Source: Anaerolineales bacterium (GTDB taxonomy: Bacteria; Chloroflexota; Anaerolineae; Anaerolineales; DRKV01). From it: a DNA stretch of 40,928 nt. This document shows, piece after piece, positions 1 to 7,512 of the stretch. Both the position numbers and the translations under genes were made by a program. Each line of letters begins with the position of its first letter. The first letter of the stretch is position 1. Location: NCBI GenBank assembly GCA_024763355.1, contig JANTFR010000003.1:1-40928 (forward strand), given 5' to 3'. Below the pieces are notes generated by a model. It did no database searches. It saw nothing but the letters and a program-made list of their open reading frames with translations, and was not told where the DNA came from.

Positions 1-644
1 GGCCCGTGAGAGAGATGCCGCATGTCCTCCCGAAAGACCTGCCACTCGGAAGTCTCCTCCGCAGCGGACTCCCTTTGGGCGGCTTGCTGTGCCCCTAGAA
101 TTCCCCACCCCCGGATGTGCAGCCCGGCCTGCCGCAGCAAACCAGGCAATTTGCGTCCCATCCGGATGTCGGCTCCCTGTGCCCGCAGGGAACGCGCCTG
201 CCAGTCGGCGGCCTCCGCCAGGGCGGGAGGGTAGTCAATCCGCCCGCCGTAATCCGGCTCGGCCAGAGCCAGGACGCACCCGCCGGGACGGGTGACGCGG
301 CGCATCTCGCGCAGGGCATCCAGGGGGTCGGGCAGCCACAGCAGGAGGAAGTGGCAGAAGACGATGTCGAAAGCGCCGGAGGGGTAGGGCAGGCGGAGGG
401 CATCCCCCTGGACGCAGGCTGCTTGCGGGGCGTTGCGCGCAGCCAATCGGAGGGCGGGGCGGGCGGCATCCACCCCAAAGAGGCGTAACCCGTCGGTTGG
501 CGGGGTATCCGCCAGAACCGCGCCCGTTCCGCAGCCGACCTCCAAAACGCGGCTGCCCGGCGGAGGGCTGCATTCCTTTAGCAGGTGGAAACGTATCTCC
601 CGCGTCCAGGCGGCCTGTTCCGTGTAGCGGGCGTGCCAGTCCAT
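1..644 (-). CDS. Class I SAM-dependent methyltransferase (partial, runs off the window start)
   Basis: Manual translation from ATG 644: MDWHARYTEQAAWTR...RVLEVGCGTG (motif I)...QGDALRLPYPSGAFDIVFCHFLLLW...RVTRPGG. Not in the ORF track because it has no stop in the window. The start overlaps the upstream stop (TGATG). Confidence 0.88.
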   Translation of the reverse strand, partial: MDWHARYTEQAAWTREIRFHLLKECSPPPGSRVLEVGCGTGAVLADTPPTDGLRLFGVDAARPALRLAARNAPQAACVQGDALRLPYPSGAFDIVFCHFLLLWLPDPLDALREMRRVTRPGGCVLALAEPDYGGRIDYPPALAEAADWQARSLRAQGADIRMGRKLPGLLRQAGLHIRGWGILGAQQAAQRESAAEETSEWQVFREDMRHLSHG

Positions 645-1192
645 CAGCGTCCGGAGAGAAGTTCGGCCAGGGAGGGAGTGTCGGCATGTTCGCGGCGCTC
701 GGCGCGCAGTCTGCGGGCCTCCTCCAGCCGCTGCTCGCGCAGGCGGTAGATGCCGCTGACCAGGGCTACCAGCAGCCCGCCCAGAATAACCAGTTCTAGC
801 ATCAACATCAGGAAATGGGCGTCGCGCTGGGTGCCGATGTAACGCGTCCCCTCGGCGGTGATGATGAGCACCCGGCGCACGACCGAGATGAGGCCGACAA
901 TCAGGAAGGGTTCGCTGAACAGGCGGCGCTGGGTGAGGGAAATTTTGACCATCTGCAAAATTTCGGCCAGCATGGAGACCAGCAGAAGGCGGTCGAGCAC
1001 TTCCAGGGCATCCAGCGGGGTCATTCCCTGTATCCAGGGGATGAGAAAGTCCGTCCACACTTCCAGCAGGGCGCCGATGGCGGTCAGCAGGAGAGTCAGC
1101 CCCAGGATGGTGTAAACCAGCAAGTCGGCGTTGTTCCAGATGGTAAGCAGCCGCTGCTGGTAGGAAGGCGGGGTGGGTTCGGAAGGGTTCAT
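644..1192 (-). CDS. PsiE (phosphate-starvation-inducible E) family membrane protein
   Basis: From MNPSEP: about 4 TM segments, LDRLLLVSMLAEIL...EPFLIVGLISVVRRVLII pattern. ATG 1192 overlaps the upstream stop (ATGA). Confidence 0.8.
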   Translation of the reverse strand: MNPSEPTPPSYQQRLLTIWNNADLLVYTILGLTLLLTAIGALLEVWTDFLIPWIQGMTPLDALEVLDRLLLVSMLAEILQMVKISLTQRRLFSEPFLIVGLISVVRRVLIITAEGTRYIGTQRDAHFLMLMLELVILGGLLVALVSGIYRLREQRLEEARRLRAERREHADTPSLAELLSGR

Positions 1193-2364
1193 GGGGTGGG
1201 GGAGGAGGCGGGGACGAGGCGCTGCCGGATGGTTTCCCAATCTTCGCGCAGGAAGTTCCCCAGGACGCGGTTGACGCCTTGCGCGGGGAGCACGTCGCCG
1301 TCCGGCTCCAGATATAGGCAGGCGCAGGCCGGGGCGGAGGCCGCATCTCCCGCGGCGCGTTCCTCCAGCGTGACGGGATTGGCCTCGCCGTAGGGCACGG
1401 GCAGCCCCCATTTGAGTTCCAGCCCCAGGTCGGCGCTCAGGTCTTGCAAGGGGGCGAGCGCGGGATAGAGAGCGGGGTCGGCGGCGCTCAGGGAGAGGGC
1501 ATTGGCGCCAAGTTCGGCCAGGCGGCGCAGGGTCGCCTCGGCTTGCGGAGTGTTCTCCGGCGTGAGGGTCAGGTGCACGGTGGTAAAGATGTCTTCAGGC
1601 AGGATGGCTTCCAGCGCCTCCCAGGATGCGGGGTCGGCGGGGCGCAGGAGGAAGAGGAGGTGGTCGAGGCCGGTTTGCAGGAGAGCGCGGCGGTAGGCCG
1701 GGTCGCGCAGGCGCAGGCCGAGGCTGCACAGCCCGGTGACCTGTCCGTTGGCCTCGCCGCGAGCGATGAGGGCGGGCAAGTCCTCCCGCAGGGTGGGTTC
1801 GCCGCCGGTGAAGACGACGTGGGGGATGCCGGCCTGCCAACTTTTGTCGAGAATGGTCTCCCACTCCCCGGTGGAGAGTTCGCGGTCTACGCGTTTGGCG
1901 GGGGCGTATTCCGCGGGAATCCCCTCCGGCAGGCGGTAGGTGAGGGCGCAGTCCAGGCGCAGAGGGGCGCTCAGGCTGGCGAGCGTTTCCGCTTCGGCGC
2001 TTTCCAGATAGAGGTCGGGGGCCAGGTCGGGCGTTTCCAGCAGGGTGCGAATGCGCTCCTGGAACTGCGTGTAGTCATCAAGCGCCTGCTGCCGGGAGAT
2101 GTGGTAGCGGCGGGTCATATCGGCGGCGGTCTCTTCGGCGTGGTGCCCCTGGACGAAGTGGTAAGCGTACTCGGCGGCGGTGGGGTTGAGGTACAGCACG
2201 GTGGCGGCGTCCAGGATGAGCAGGCCGCTCCCGTCGGCCTCCAGGCGCAGGTGAAGACGGTAGGGGCGGCCATCCTGCGTCTCGGCGGCGGTGGTGTACA
2301 CCCCTGGGGCGGGGGGCGGCGGGGGGGCGAGCAGGCGGGCAATCGCTTCTCGGATGCTGGTCAT
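1189..2364 (-). CDS. Radical SAM/SPASM-like protein with N-terminal PqqD-like domain; cluster-binding cysteines absent
   Basis: LNPTAA...MTRRYHIS...ALDD (PqqD-like), ELSTGEW, VVFTGGEPTLREDL and LEPDGDVLP...LGN..W motifs. No CxxxCxxC after LTYR. Confidence 0.75.
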   Translation of the reverse strand: MTSIREAIARLLAPPPPPAPGVYTTAAETQDGRPYRLHLRLEADGSGLLILDAATVLYLNPTAAEYAYHFVQGHHAEETAADMTRRYHISRQQALDDYTQFQERIRTLLETPDLAPDLYLESAEAETLASLSAPLRLDCALTYRLPEGIPAEYAPAKRVDRELSTGEWETILDKSWQAGIPHVVFTGGEPTLREDLPALIARGEANGQVTGLCSLGLRLRDPAYRRALLQTGLDHLLFLLRPADPASWEALEAILPEDIFTTVHLTLTPENTPQAEATLRRLAELGANALSLSAADPALYPALAPLQDLSADLGLELKWGLPVPYGEANPVTLEERAAGDAASAPACACLYLEPDGDVLPAQGVNRVLGNFLREDWETIRQRLVPASSPTP

Positions 2365-2422
2365 ATCGGTCTTCTCCGGTGGATGTTTTTGAAATTATAC
2401 CTGAATGCGGGAAATTTAACGC

Positions 2423-2453
2423 AAAAAGCCGCAGGTCGGGGAGACCGCGGCTT
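2423..2453 (-). terminator. Intrinsic terminator after tRNA-Glu
   Basis: Minus strand AAGCCGCGGTCTCCCCGACCTGCGGCTTTTT: hairpin plus U tract. Confidence 0.7.
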
Positions 2454-2455
2454 GG

Positions 2456-2531
2456 TGGTGCCCCCAACGAGGTTCGAACTCGTGTTTCGGCCTTGAGAGG
2501 GCCGCGTCCTGGGCCACTAGACGATGGGGGC
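2456..2531 (-). tRNA. tRNA-Glu (CTC), CCA encoded
   Basis: GCCCCCA acceptor stem, CGGCC-CT-CTC-AA-GGCCG anticodon arm, GTTCGAA T-loop, ends ACCA. Confidence 0.97.
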
Positions 2532-2543
2532 GGAGCGGGCAGG

Positions 2544-2572
2544 ATTTTACCACAAGGGGGCGGCGCAGTCAA
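2544..2572 (-). promoter_or_regulatory. Sigma70-type promoter of tRNA-Glu
   Basis: TTGACT-17 bp-TAAAAT with an upstream TG. Confidence 0.7.
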
Positions 2573-2595
2573 CGGAAATTTTGGCCGAAAAAACG

Positions 2596-2628
2596 AGGTG
2601 ACAGTCACTTCGCAAGTGACTGTCACCT
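2596..2628. repeat. Perfect inverted repeat of self-palindromic arms (REP/REPIN-like)
   Basis: AGGTGACAGTCACTT-CGC-AAGTGACTGTCACCT; each arm contains GTGAC-n-GTCAC. Confidence 0.85.
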
Positions 2629-2647
2629 GACGCCCTGCCCCAACCAA

Positions 2648-2656
2648 TGCTATAAT
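2648..2656 (+). promoter_or_regulatory. Extended -10 promoter, probably leaderless transcript
   Basis: TGcTATAAT, 7 nt before ATG 2664, no Shine-Dalgarno. Confidence 0.65.
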
Positions 2657-2663
2657 GCCTTCC

Positions 2664-3005
2664 ATGAAAACCCCAGACGGAAGAGAATGCAAATACTTCT
2701 ACGGAGACTACTACCGCGGGCGGGAACACGAGGAATGCCGCCTTCTGAAAGCCCACGACATCCCCTGGACGCCCGACCTGTGCGCTGCCTGTCCCGTCCC
2801 CGACATCCTGCGCGCCAACGCCTGCACCTACATGGAACTGCGCCCCGTATTGCAGCGCAGTCTCCTGCCCCCCTGGAAGCGGCAGGTGCGCGTCACGGCA
2901 TTTTGCCGCAAGACCAGCCGCCCGGTAGCCGAGCCGGAGGTCGGCTGCGGAGAATGCCATACCCTCCCCGAAGCCTTTCTCCACATCGGAGACGACCATC
3001 CATGA
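2664..3005 (+). CDS. Small Cys-rich hypothetical protein (probable metal binding)
   Basis: MKTPDGRECKYFYGDYYRGR...; 8 Cys including CAAC and CGECH. Stop overlaps the next ATG (ATGA). Confidence 0.75.
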   Translation: MKTPDGRECKYFYGDYYRGREHEECRLLKAHDIPWTPDLCAACPVPDILRANACTYMELRPVLQRSLLPPWKRQVRVTAFCRKTSRPVAEPEVGCGECHTLPEAFLHIGDDHP

Positions 3006-4222
3006 CCTTTACCCTGCTCCTCGACCTCGACGACACTCTCCTCGACAACGACATGGATGCCTTCGTCCCGGCGTACCTTCAGGCGCTCTCCGGGCACATG
3101 GCGCGGCACAGCCCTCCGCAGCGCTTTGCCCAGACCCTCATGGCGGCCACCGAGGCGATGATGGCAAACCGCCGTCCCGACCGCACCCTCGAAGAGACCT
3201 TCGCCGAGGCCTTCTATCCCGCCCTGGGCCTCTCTCCCGAAGCCCTCCGCCCGGACATCGAAACCTTTTACCGGGAAGTCTTTCCCGCCCTGCGGCAGGT
3301 GACACGTCCCCGCCCGGCTGCTCCCGCCCTGGTGGAGGCCGCCCTGGAGCGCGGATGGCGTCTCGCGATTGCTACCAATCCCCTTTTCCCCCGCACGGCT
3401 GTGGAGCAGCGTCTTGCCTGGGCCGGTCTCCCGGTGGAAGAATACCCCTACGCCCTGGTGACCTCTTTCGAGACCTTTCACTTCACCAAATCCACCCCCG
3501 CCTACTACGCCGAAGTGCTGGGAAGATTGGGATGGCCGCAAGGCCCCCTCCTGATGGCGGGGAATGACCTTGATTTGGATGTGCGACCCGCCCAAAAAGC
3601 GGGATTGCCCGTATTTTGGGTGACCGCCTTCCCCGAAGGCGGTACGAACCCCCTTTTGGTGGATGGCCGCGGCCCCCTCGATTCCCTGCTTTCCTGGCTG
3701 GGTGCCCGTCCCCCTGCTTCTCTCGCGGGGCGTTTTGAAACCCTGGATGCCGCCCTCGCCGCCCTGCGCGTTACCCCCGCCGTGCTGGATACCTGGACAC
3801 GCCGCCTTTCCCCCGAGGTCTGGAGCGTCTCTCCCGCTGAAGGCTGGAGCCTTGTCGAAACCATCTGCCACCTGCGCGACGCCGATTTGGAAGTCAACCT
3901 GCCGCGCCTGCAAACCACCCTGCGGGAGGACAACCCCTTCCTGCCCGCCGTGGACGCGGATTCCTGGGTGGAGGCGCGCAAGTACCGCTGCGAAAACGGC
4001 CCCGATGCAGCGCGCCGCTTTATCGAAGTTCGCATGGGCTTGCTGGCTTTGCTGGATGCGCTTTCCCCGCAAGATTTTCGACGTCCCGTGCGGCACGGCA
4101 TTTTTGGCCCCACCACCTTGGGGGAACTGGTAATTTTCATGGCCGGGCACGACCGGATGCACCTGCGGTCGCTCCACGCGCTCATCTCACCGCGGATTGC
4201 AGCGCGCCAGGGCGCATCCTGA
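3002..4222 (+). CDS. HAD-family hydrolase fused to a C-terminal DinB-like domain
   Basis: LLLDLDDTL, IATNP, K, MAGNDLDLD HAD motifs; WSLVETICHLRD...GHDRMHL DinB pattern. Confidence 0.85.
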   Translation: MTFTLLLDLDDTLLDNDMDAFVPAYLQALSGHMARHSPPQRFAQTLMAATEAMMANRRPDRTLEETFAEAFYPALGLSPEALRPDIETFYREVFPALRQVTRPRPAAPALVEAALERGWRLAIATNPLFPRTAVEQRLAWAGLPVEEYPYALVTSFETFHFTKSTPAYYAEVLGRLGWPQGPLLMAGNDLDLDVRPAQKAGLPVFWVTAFPEGGTNPLLVDGRGPLDSLLSWLGARPPASLAGRFETLDAALAALRVTPAVLDTWTRRLSPEVWSVSPAEGWSLVETICHLRDADLEVNLPRLQTTLREDNPFLPAVDADSWVEARKYRCENGPDAARRFIEVRMGLLALLDALSPQDFRRPVRHGIFGPTTLGELVIFMAGHDRMHLRSLHALISPRIAARQGAS

Positions 4223-4298
4223 GCGGGGGAAAAGTGTTGTACTCCCCGCAGACCGCCCTTGTTTCCCCGGAAAAGCATCTTCGCAAGGAGATTTTTGG

Positions 4299-5414
4299 AT
4301 GACCAGATACGCACACATTACCGGCTGGGGGGCCGCCGTGCCGGAAAAAATCCTGACCAATGACGACCTGGCCCAAATCGTGGAGACCAGCGACGAGTGG
4401 ATTCGTTCCCGCACCGGCATTCGCGAACGGCGCATCGCTGCTCCTGAGGAGAGCACCGCTACCCTGGCGAGCGAGGCGGCCTTGAAGGCGCTGGAAGTAG
4501 CCAGCATCTCTCCCTCCCAGGTGGATTTGATAATCGTGGCGAGTTCTTCGCCGGAATATCTTTTCCCCGCCACCGCCTGTCTGGTGCAAGACCACATCGG
4601 GGCAGACAAAGCCGGCGCTTTCGACCTTTCCGCCGCCTGCACCGGCTTCATCTACGCCCTGAACATGGCCGCCTCCCAGATTCGCACCGGGGCGATTGAC
4701 ACTGCCGTGGTCATCGGGGCTGAGACTCTCTCCCGCCTGGTGAACTGGGAAGACCGCAACACCTGCATCCTCTTCGGGGATGGGGCGGGGGCCTTCGTCT
4801 TGCAGGCCTGCGAGGAGCCTGGCGGGGTGATGAGCGCCGTGATGCGTTCCGACGGCTCCGGGGCCAAATTGCTCATGTTGCCCGCCGGCGGGAGCCGCTA
4901 TCCCGCTACGACGGAGACGGTCCGCAAGGGGATGCACTACATCCAGATGAGCGGGCGGGAGGTCTTCCGCTTTGCGACCCGCGTCATGGCGCAGGCCACC
5001 CGCGAGGTCGTCGAGAAGGCCGGGCTGACCCTGGAAGATGTGAATCTGATTGTGCCGCACCAGGCCAATCAGCGGATTATCGATGCCGCTGCCCGCGGCC
5101 TGAAACTGCCCGCCGACCGCTTTATGGTCAACCTGGAGCGTTACGGGAACACCTCTACGGCCTCCATCCCCATCGCCGCCGTGGAAGCGGTCGAGAAGGG
5201 CCGCCTGCGCCCCGGCGACCACGTGGTATTCGTCGGCTTTGGGGGGGGATTGACGTGGGGCGCGTTGCTGGCGCAATGGAGCGGCCCCCTGGCCGAGCGG
5301 CCTGCCCGCCGCGTGCCGGAGATACCGCGTCTCCATCGGGCGCGTGGCCTGATGCGCCGGGCGCGCCGCTTTGTGGAAGGCCTCATCTGGGGGCGTTATC
5401 CTGACGAGAAGTGA
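4299..5414 (+). CDS. fabH: Beta-ketoacyl-ACP synthase III
   Basis: ETSDEWIRSRTGIRERR, AACTG (Cys), PHQAN (His), YGNTS (Asn), GFGGGLTWG. Confidence 0.96.
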   Translation: MTRYAHITGWGAAVPEKILTNDDLAQIVETSDEWIRSRTGIRERRIAAPEESTATLASEAALKALEVASISPSQVDLIIVASSSPEYLFPATACLVQDHIGADKAGAFDLSAACTGFIYALNMAASQIRTGAIDTAVVIGAETLSRLVNWEDRNTCILFGDGAGAFVLQACEEPGGVMSAVMRSDGSGAKLLMLPAGGSRYPATTETVRKGMHYIQMSGREVFRFATRVMAQATREVVEKAGLTLEDVNLIVPHQANQRIIDAAARGLKLPADRFMVNLERYGNTSTASIPIAAVEAVEKGRLRPGDHVVFVGFGGGLTWGALLAQWSGPLAERPARRVPEIPRLHRARGLMRRARRFVEGLIWGRYPDEK

Positions 5415-5428
5415 TGAGCGCTCCTGAG

Positions 5429-5489
5429 GTGGGGTAAGACTTCGCCGGGAGTTTTGGGAAATCTGTCTGTTCCCGAAACTCCCCGGAAT
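5429..5489. repeat. Imperfect inverted repeat, partly related to the ~110-bp element family
   Basis: Begins GTGGGGTAAGACTTC like the copies at 12958/28270, then CCGGGAGTTTTGGGAA...TTCCCGAAACTCCCCGG. Confidence 0.55.
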
Positions 5490-5570
5490 AGATGCGTTTT
5501 ACGAACGCCAAGAGGGGGAAAGGTTGGCTATCAGTCGCCGCGTTTCTAACAAAATTGTCCGTCTCGGTAC

Positions 5571-5599
5571 TTGAATATGGTGCGATTTGTGAGTAGAAT
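5571..5599 (+). promoter_or_regulatory. Sigma70-type promoter
   Basis: TTGAAT-17 bp-TAGAAT; SD AAGGAGG at 5653-5659. Confidence 0.6.
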
Positions 5600-5666
5600 A
5601 AAGTTGCGTTGTCTGTGGTAACGCCTTGACGGGATGAATGGCTGGTCAATTTAAGGAGGCGGTGTG

Positions 5667-7454
5667 ATGAAAGCAGGTATTTTGCGATTTGTGTTTGTGT
5701 TGTTTCTGGCGGGAGGCATTCTGTGGGGAGGCTATTTTGTCCTCTCCGCACATGCCGCCACGTACGGGGATGTGGTCATCAGTGAAATCATGTACGACCC
5801 GATTGGCGCAGAGCCGGATACTGAGTGGGTGGAACTCTACAACCCCGGCAGCGCTTCCGTGGACGTGGGCGGCTGGGTGTTGAGTGATACGGAGGGGACT
5901 TGCACCATTCCCTCCGGGACGAGCATCGCGGCGGGGGGCTTTTTGGTGGTTTCTCAGGCGGCGTTGAGCGATACCGATTTCATCACTATCACTAAAGTCG
6001 TCTGCACGCCCAGCGGGACGTTTGAACTGGGAGACGGCACCGGCTTCGGCACCGCTGCGGACGAATTGGCCTTGTTCAACGCCTCGGGCGAGCGCGTTTT
6101 CGGCAGTTTGGCGCTGCCTTATCCCGATATGGATGCCGGTTCTAATCAGGGCAATTCCATTGGGCTGGTTTACCCCCTGGCTGGCTGGAGCAGCGATACC
6201 GCCGACTGGGCTGTGGAAACCACAGTTGTATCCAGTACCAACTATGCTCACCACACCGCAGGCGCGCCTAACGACGGCTGGAGCGGCTACATGACCACAA
6301 ACCACACCATCACTGCCGACGGCACGGTCAACGTGGGAACCGAGTGGCAGGCCAACGGCGAGCAACTCGGCAGCGCCGATTCGGTGGATTTCTACGTTAC
6401 CTGGGACGCAGACTACATCTACGTGGGCATGGTGGGTGGGAATACAGGCTCCGACAAGTACAACGTGTTGATTGACACCGACCCCCTGGACGAGGGCGCG
6501 GACAACAGCGGAAATACCACCCCGAATTATTGCGGGGCGACCTTCGCGGAGGACGGCAAGCCCGATTATGCCATCCAACTGTACCCCGGAAACATGGCGC
6601 GTGCCCAGGCCACCGGGTCCTCCTGGATTAACTGGACGCCTAGCGACAGTGGCGGGAACATGGGAACCAATCAGGTGGAGTTTTACATTCAGAAAAGCGA
6701 CCTGGGACTGACCAGCAGCGACCCGGTGGGCTTTTACCTGTATGCCTGCAACAGCGGCGACCGCGTCTGGGCTGCCTGGCCGCCGGAAAACGAGGTAGAT
6801 ACCACCAACGTGGTCACCCAAACCACCCGTGTGGTCTTCGAGAATACCCTGGCTAACCGTTCTCCGCGCTACGAAGGTTCCATGCGCGGTGCACAGACGG
6901 TTGCCGCCGACACCACAGGTGAAAAATTGTTCTTTGACGATGCCAGCGGCGCTGTGGATTACTACGCCCGCTTGTATGTGACCACTGCCGGCGGGGGTTC
7001 CTGCACCGTGAAAGTTACTACTCGAGGCAATGCGTTGGCAACTCGGCTGGATGGCGGTTTGCGGCGTTTGTACACCATTACTCCCCAAAATTGTACTGGC
7101 TTGGCAGCAAGGATTAACCTTAAATTCAACGATGGTGCAATGAACGGCGCGCCGGATGAGTACCGGGGTGCACATCCAGATACTACCCAGTTGTACCGCT
7201 GGGACGGAACGGCTTGGACGGTAATTACATCAACTTATGATATAAACAACAAGGTCATATACACTAACGACGCGCAAAGTTCTTTCTCCCCTTGGACGGC
7301 GGGCGACCCCACTAATGCCAGCGCCCCTACCGCCATCACGCTGCAAACCTTCCGGGCTGAGGGCGGGCTTCCCCTTGCCCTTTCCCTGGGGCTGCTCTTC
7401 GGGCTGGCGGTGATTCTGGTGGGACTGCGCCTGTACCGGCGGCGCACCGTTTGA
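5667..7454 (+). CDS. Secreted lamin tail domain (LTD) protein with C-terminal membrane anchor
   Basis: Signal peptide ending AHA; DVVISEIMYDP...EWVELYNPG..VDVGGWVLSD (LTD); DOMON/carbohydrate-binding-like FYVTWDADYIYVG module; PTAITL + TM + RRR tail. Confidence 0.85.
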   Translation: MKAGILRFVFVLFLAGGILWGGYFVLSAHAATYGDVVISEIMYDPIGAEPDTEWVELYNPGSASVDVGGWVLSDTEGTCTIPSGTSIAAGGFLVVSQAALSDTDFITITKVVCTPSGTFELGDGTGFGTAADELALFNASGERVFGSLALPYPDMDAGSNQGNSIGLVYPLAGWSSDTADWAVETTVVSSTNYAHHTAGAPNDGWSGYMTTNHTITADGTVNVGTEWQANGEQLGSADSVDFYVTWDADYIYVGMVGGNTGSDKYNVLIDTDPLDEGADNSGNTTPNYCGATFAEDGKPDYAIQLYPGNMARAQATGSSWINWTPSDSGGNMGTNQVEFYIQKSDLGLTSSDPVGFYLYACNSGDRVWAAWPPENEVDTTNVVTQTTRVVFENTLANRSPRYEGSMRGAQTVAADTTGEKLFFDDASGAVDYYARLYVTTAGGGSCTVKVTTRGNALATRLDGGLRRLYTITPQNCTGLAARINLKFNDGAMNGAPDEYRGAHPDTTQLYRWDGTAWTVITSTYDINNKVIYTNDAQSSFSPWTAGDPTNASAPTAITLQTFRAEGGLPLALSLGLLFGLAVILVGLRLYRRRTV

Positions 7455-7477
7455 GTTGCCTGTTCCCCCGTGTTATG

Positions 7478-7507
7478 CAGGCGGCGGCCTCTTCTGGCCG
7501 CCGCCTG
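7478..7507. terminator. GC-rich hairpin between convergent genes
   Basis: CAGGCGGCGGCC-TCTTCT-GGCCGCCGCCTG; no strong U tract. Confidence 0.55.
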
Positions 7508-7512
7508 TCGCG

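Noticed and set aside
33-56. AAGACCTG..CGGAAGTCT resembling the REP arms
   Set aside because: Lies in the methyltransferase frame (ETSEWQVF) without a proper palindrome; probably coincidental.
2942-2960. CGECH as a c-type heme-binding motif
   Set aside because: No signal peptide or TM segment, and six other Cys suggest a cytoplasmic Zn or Fe-S site.
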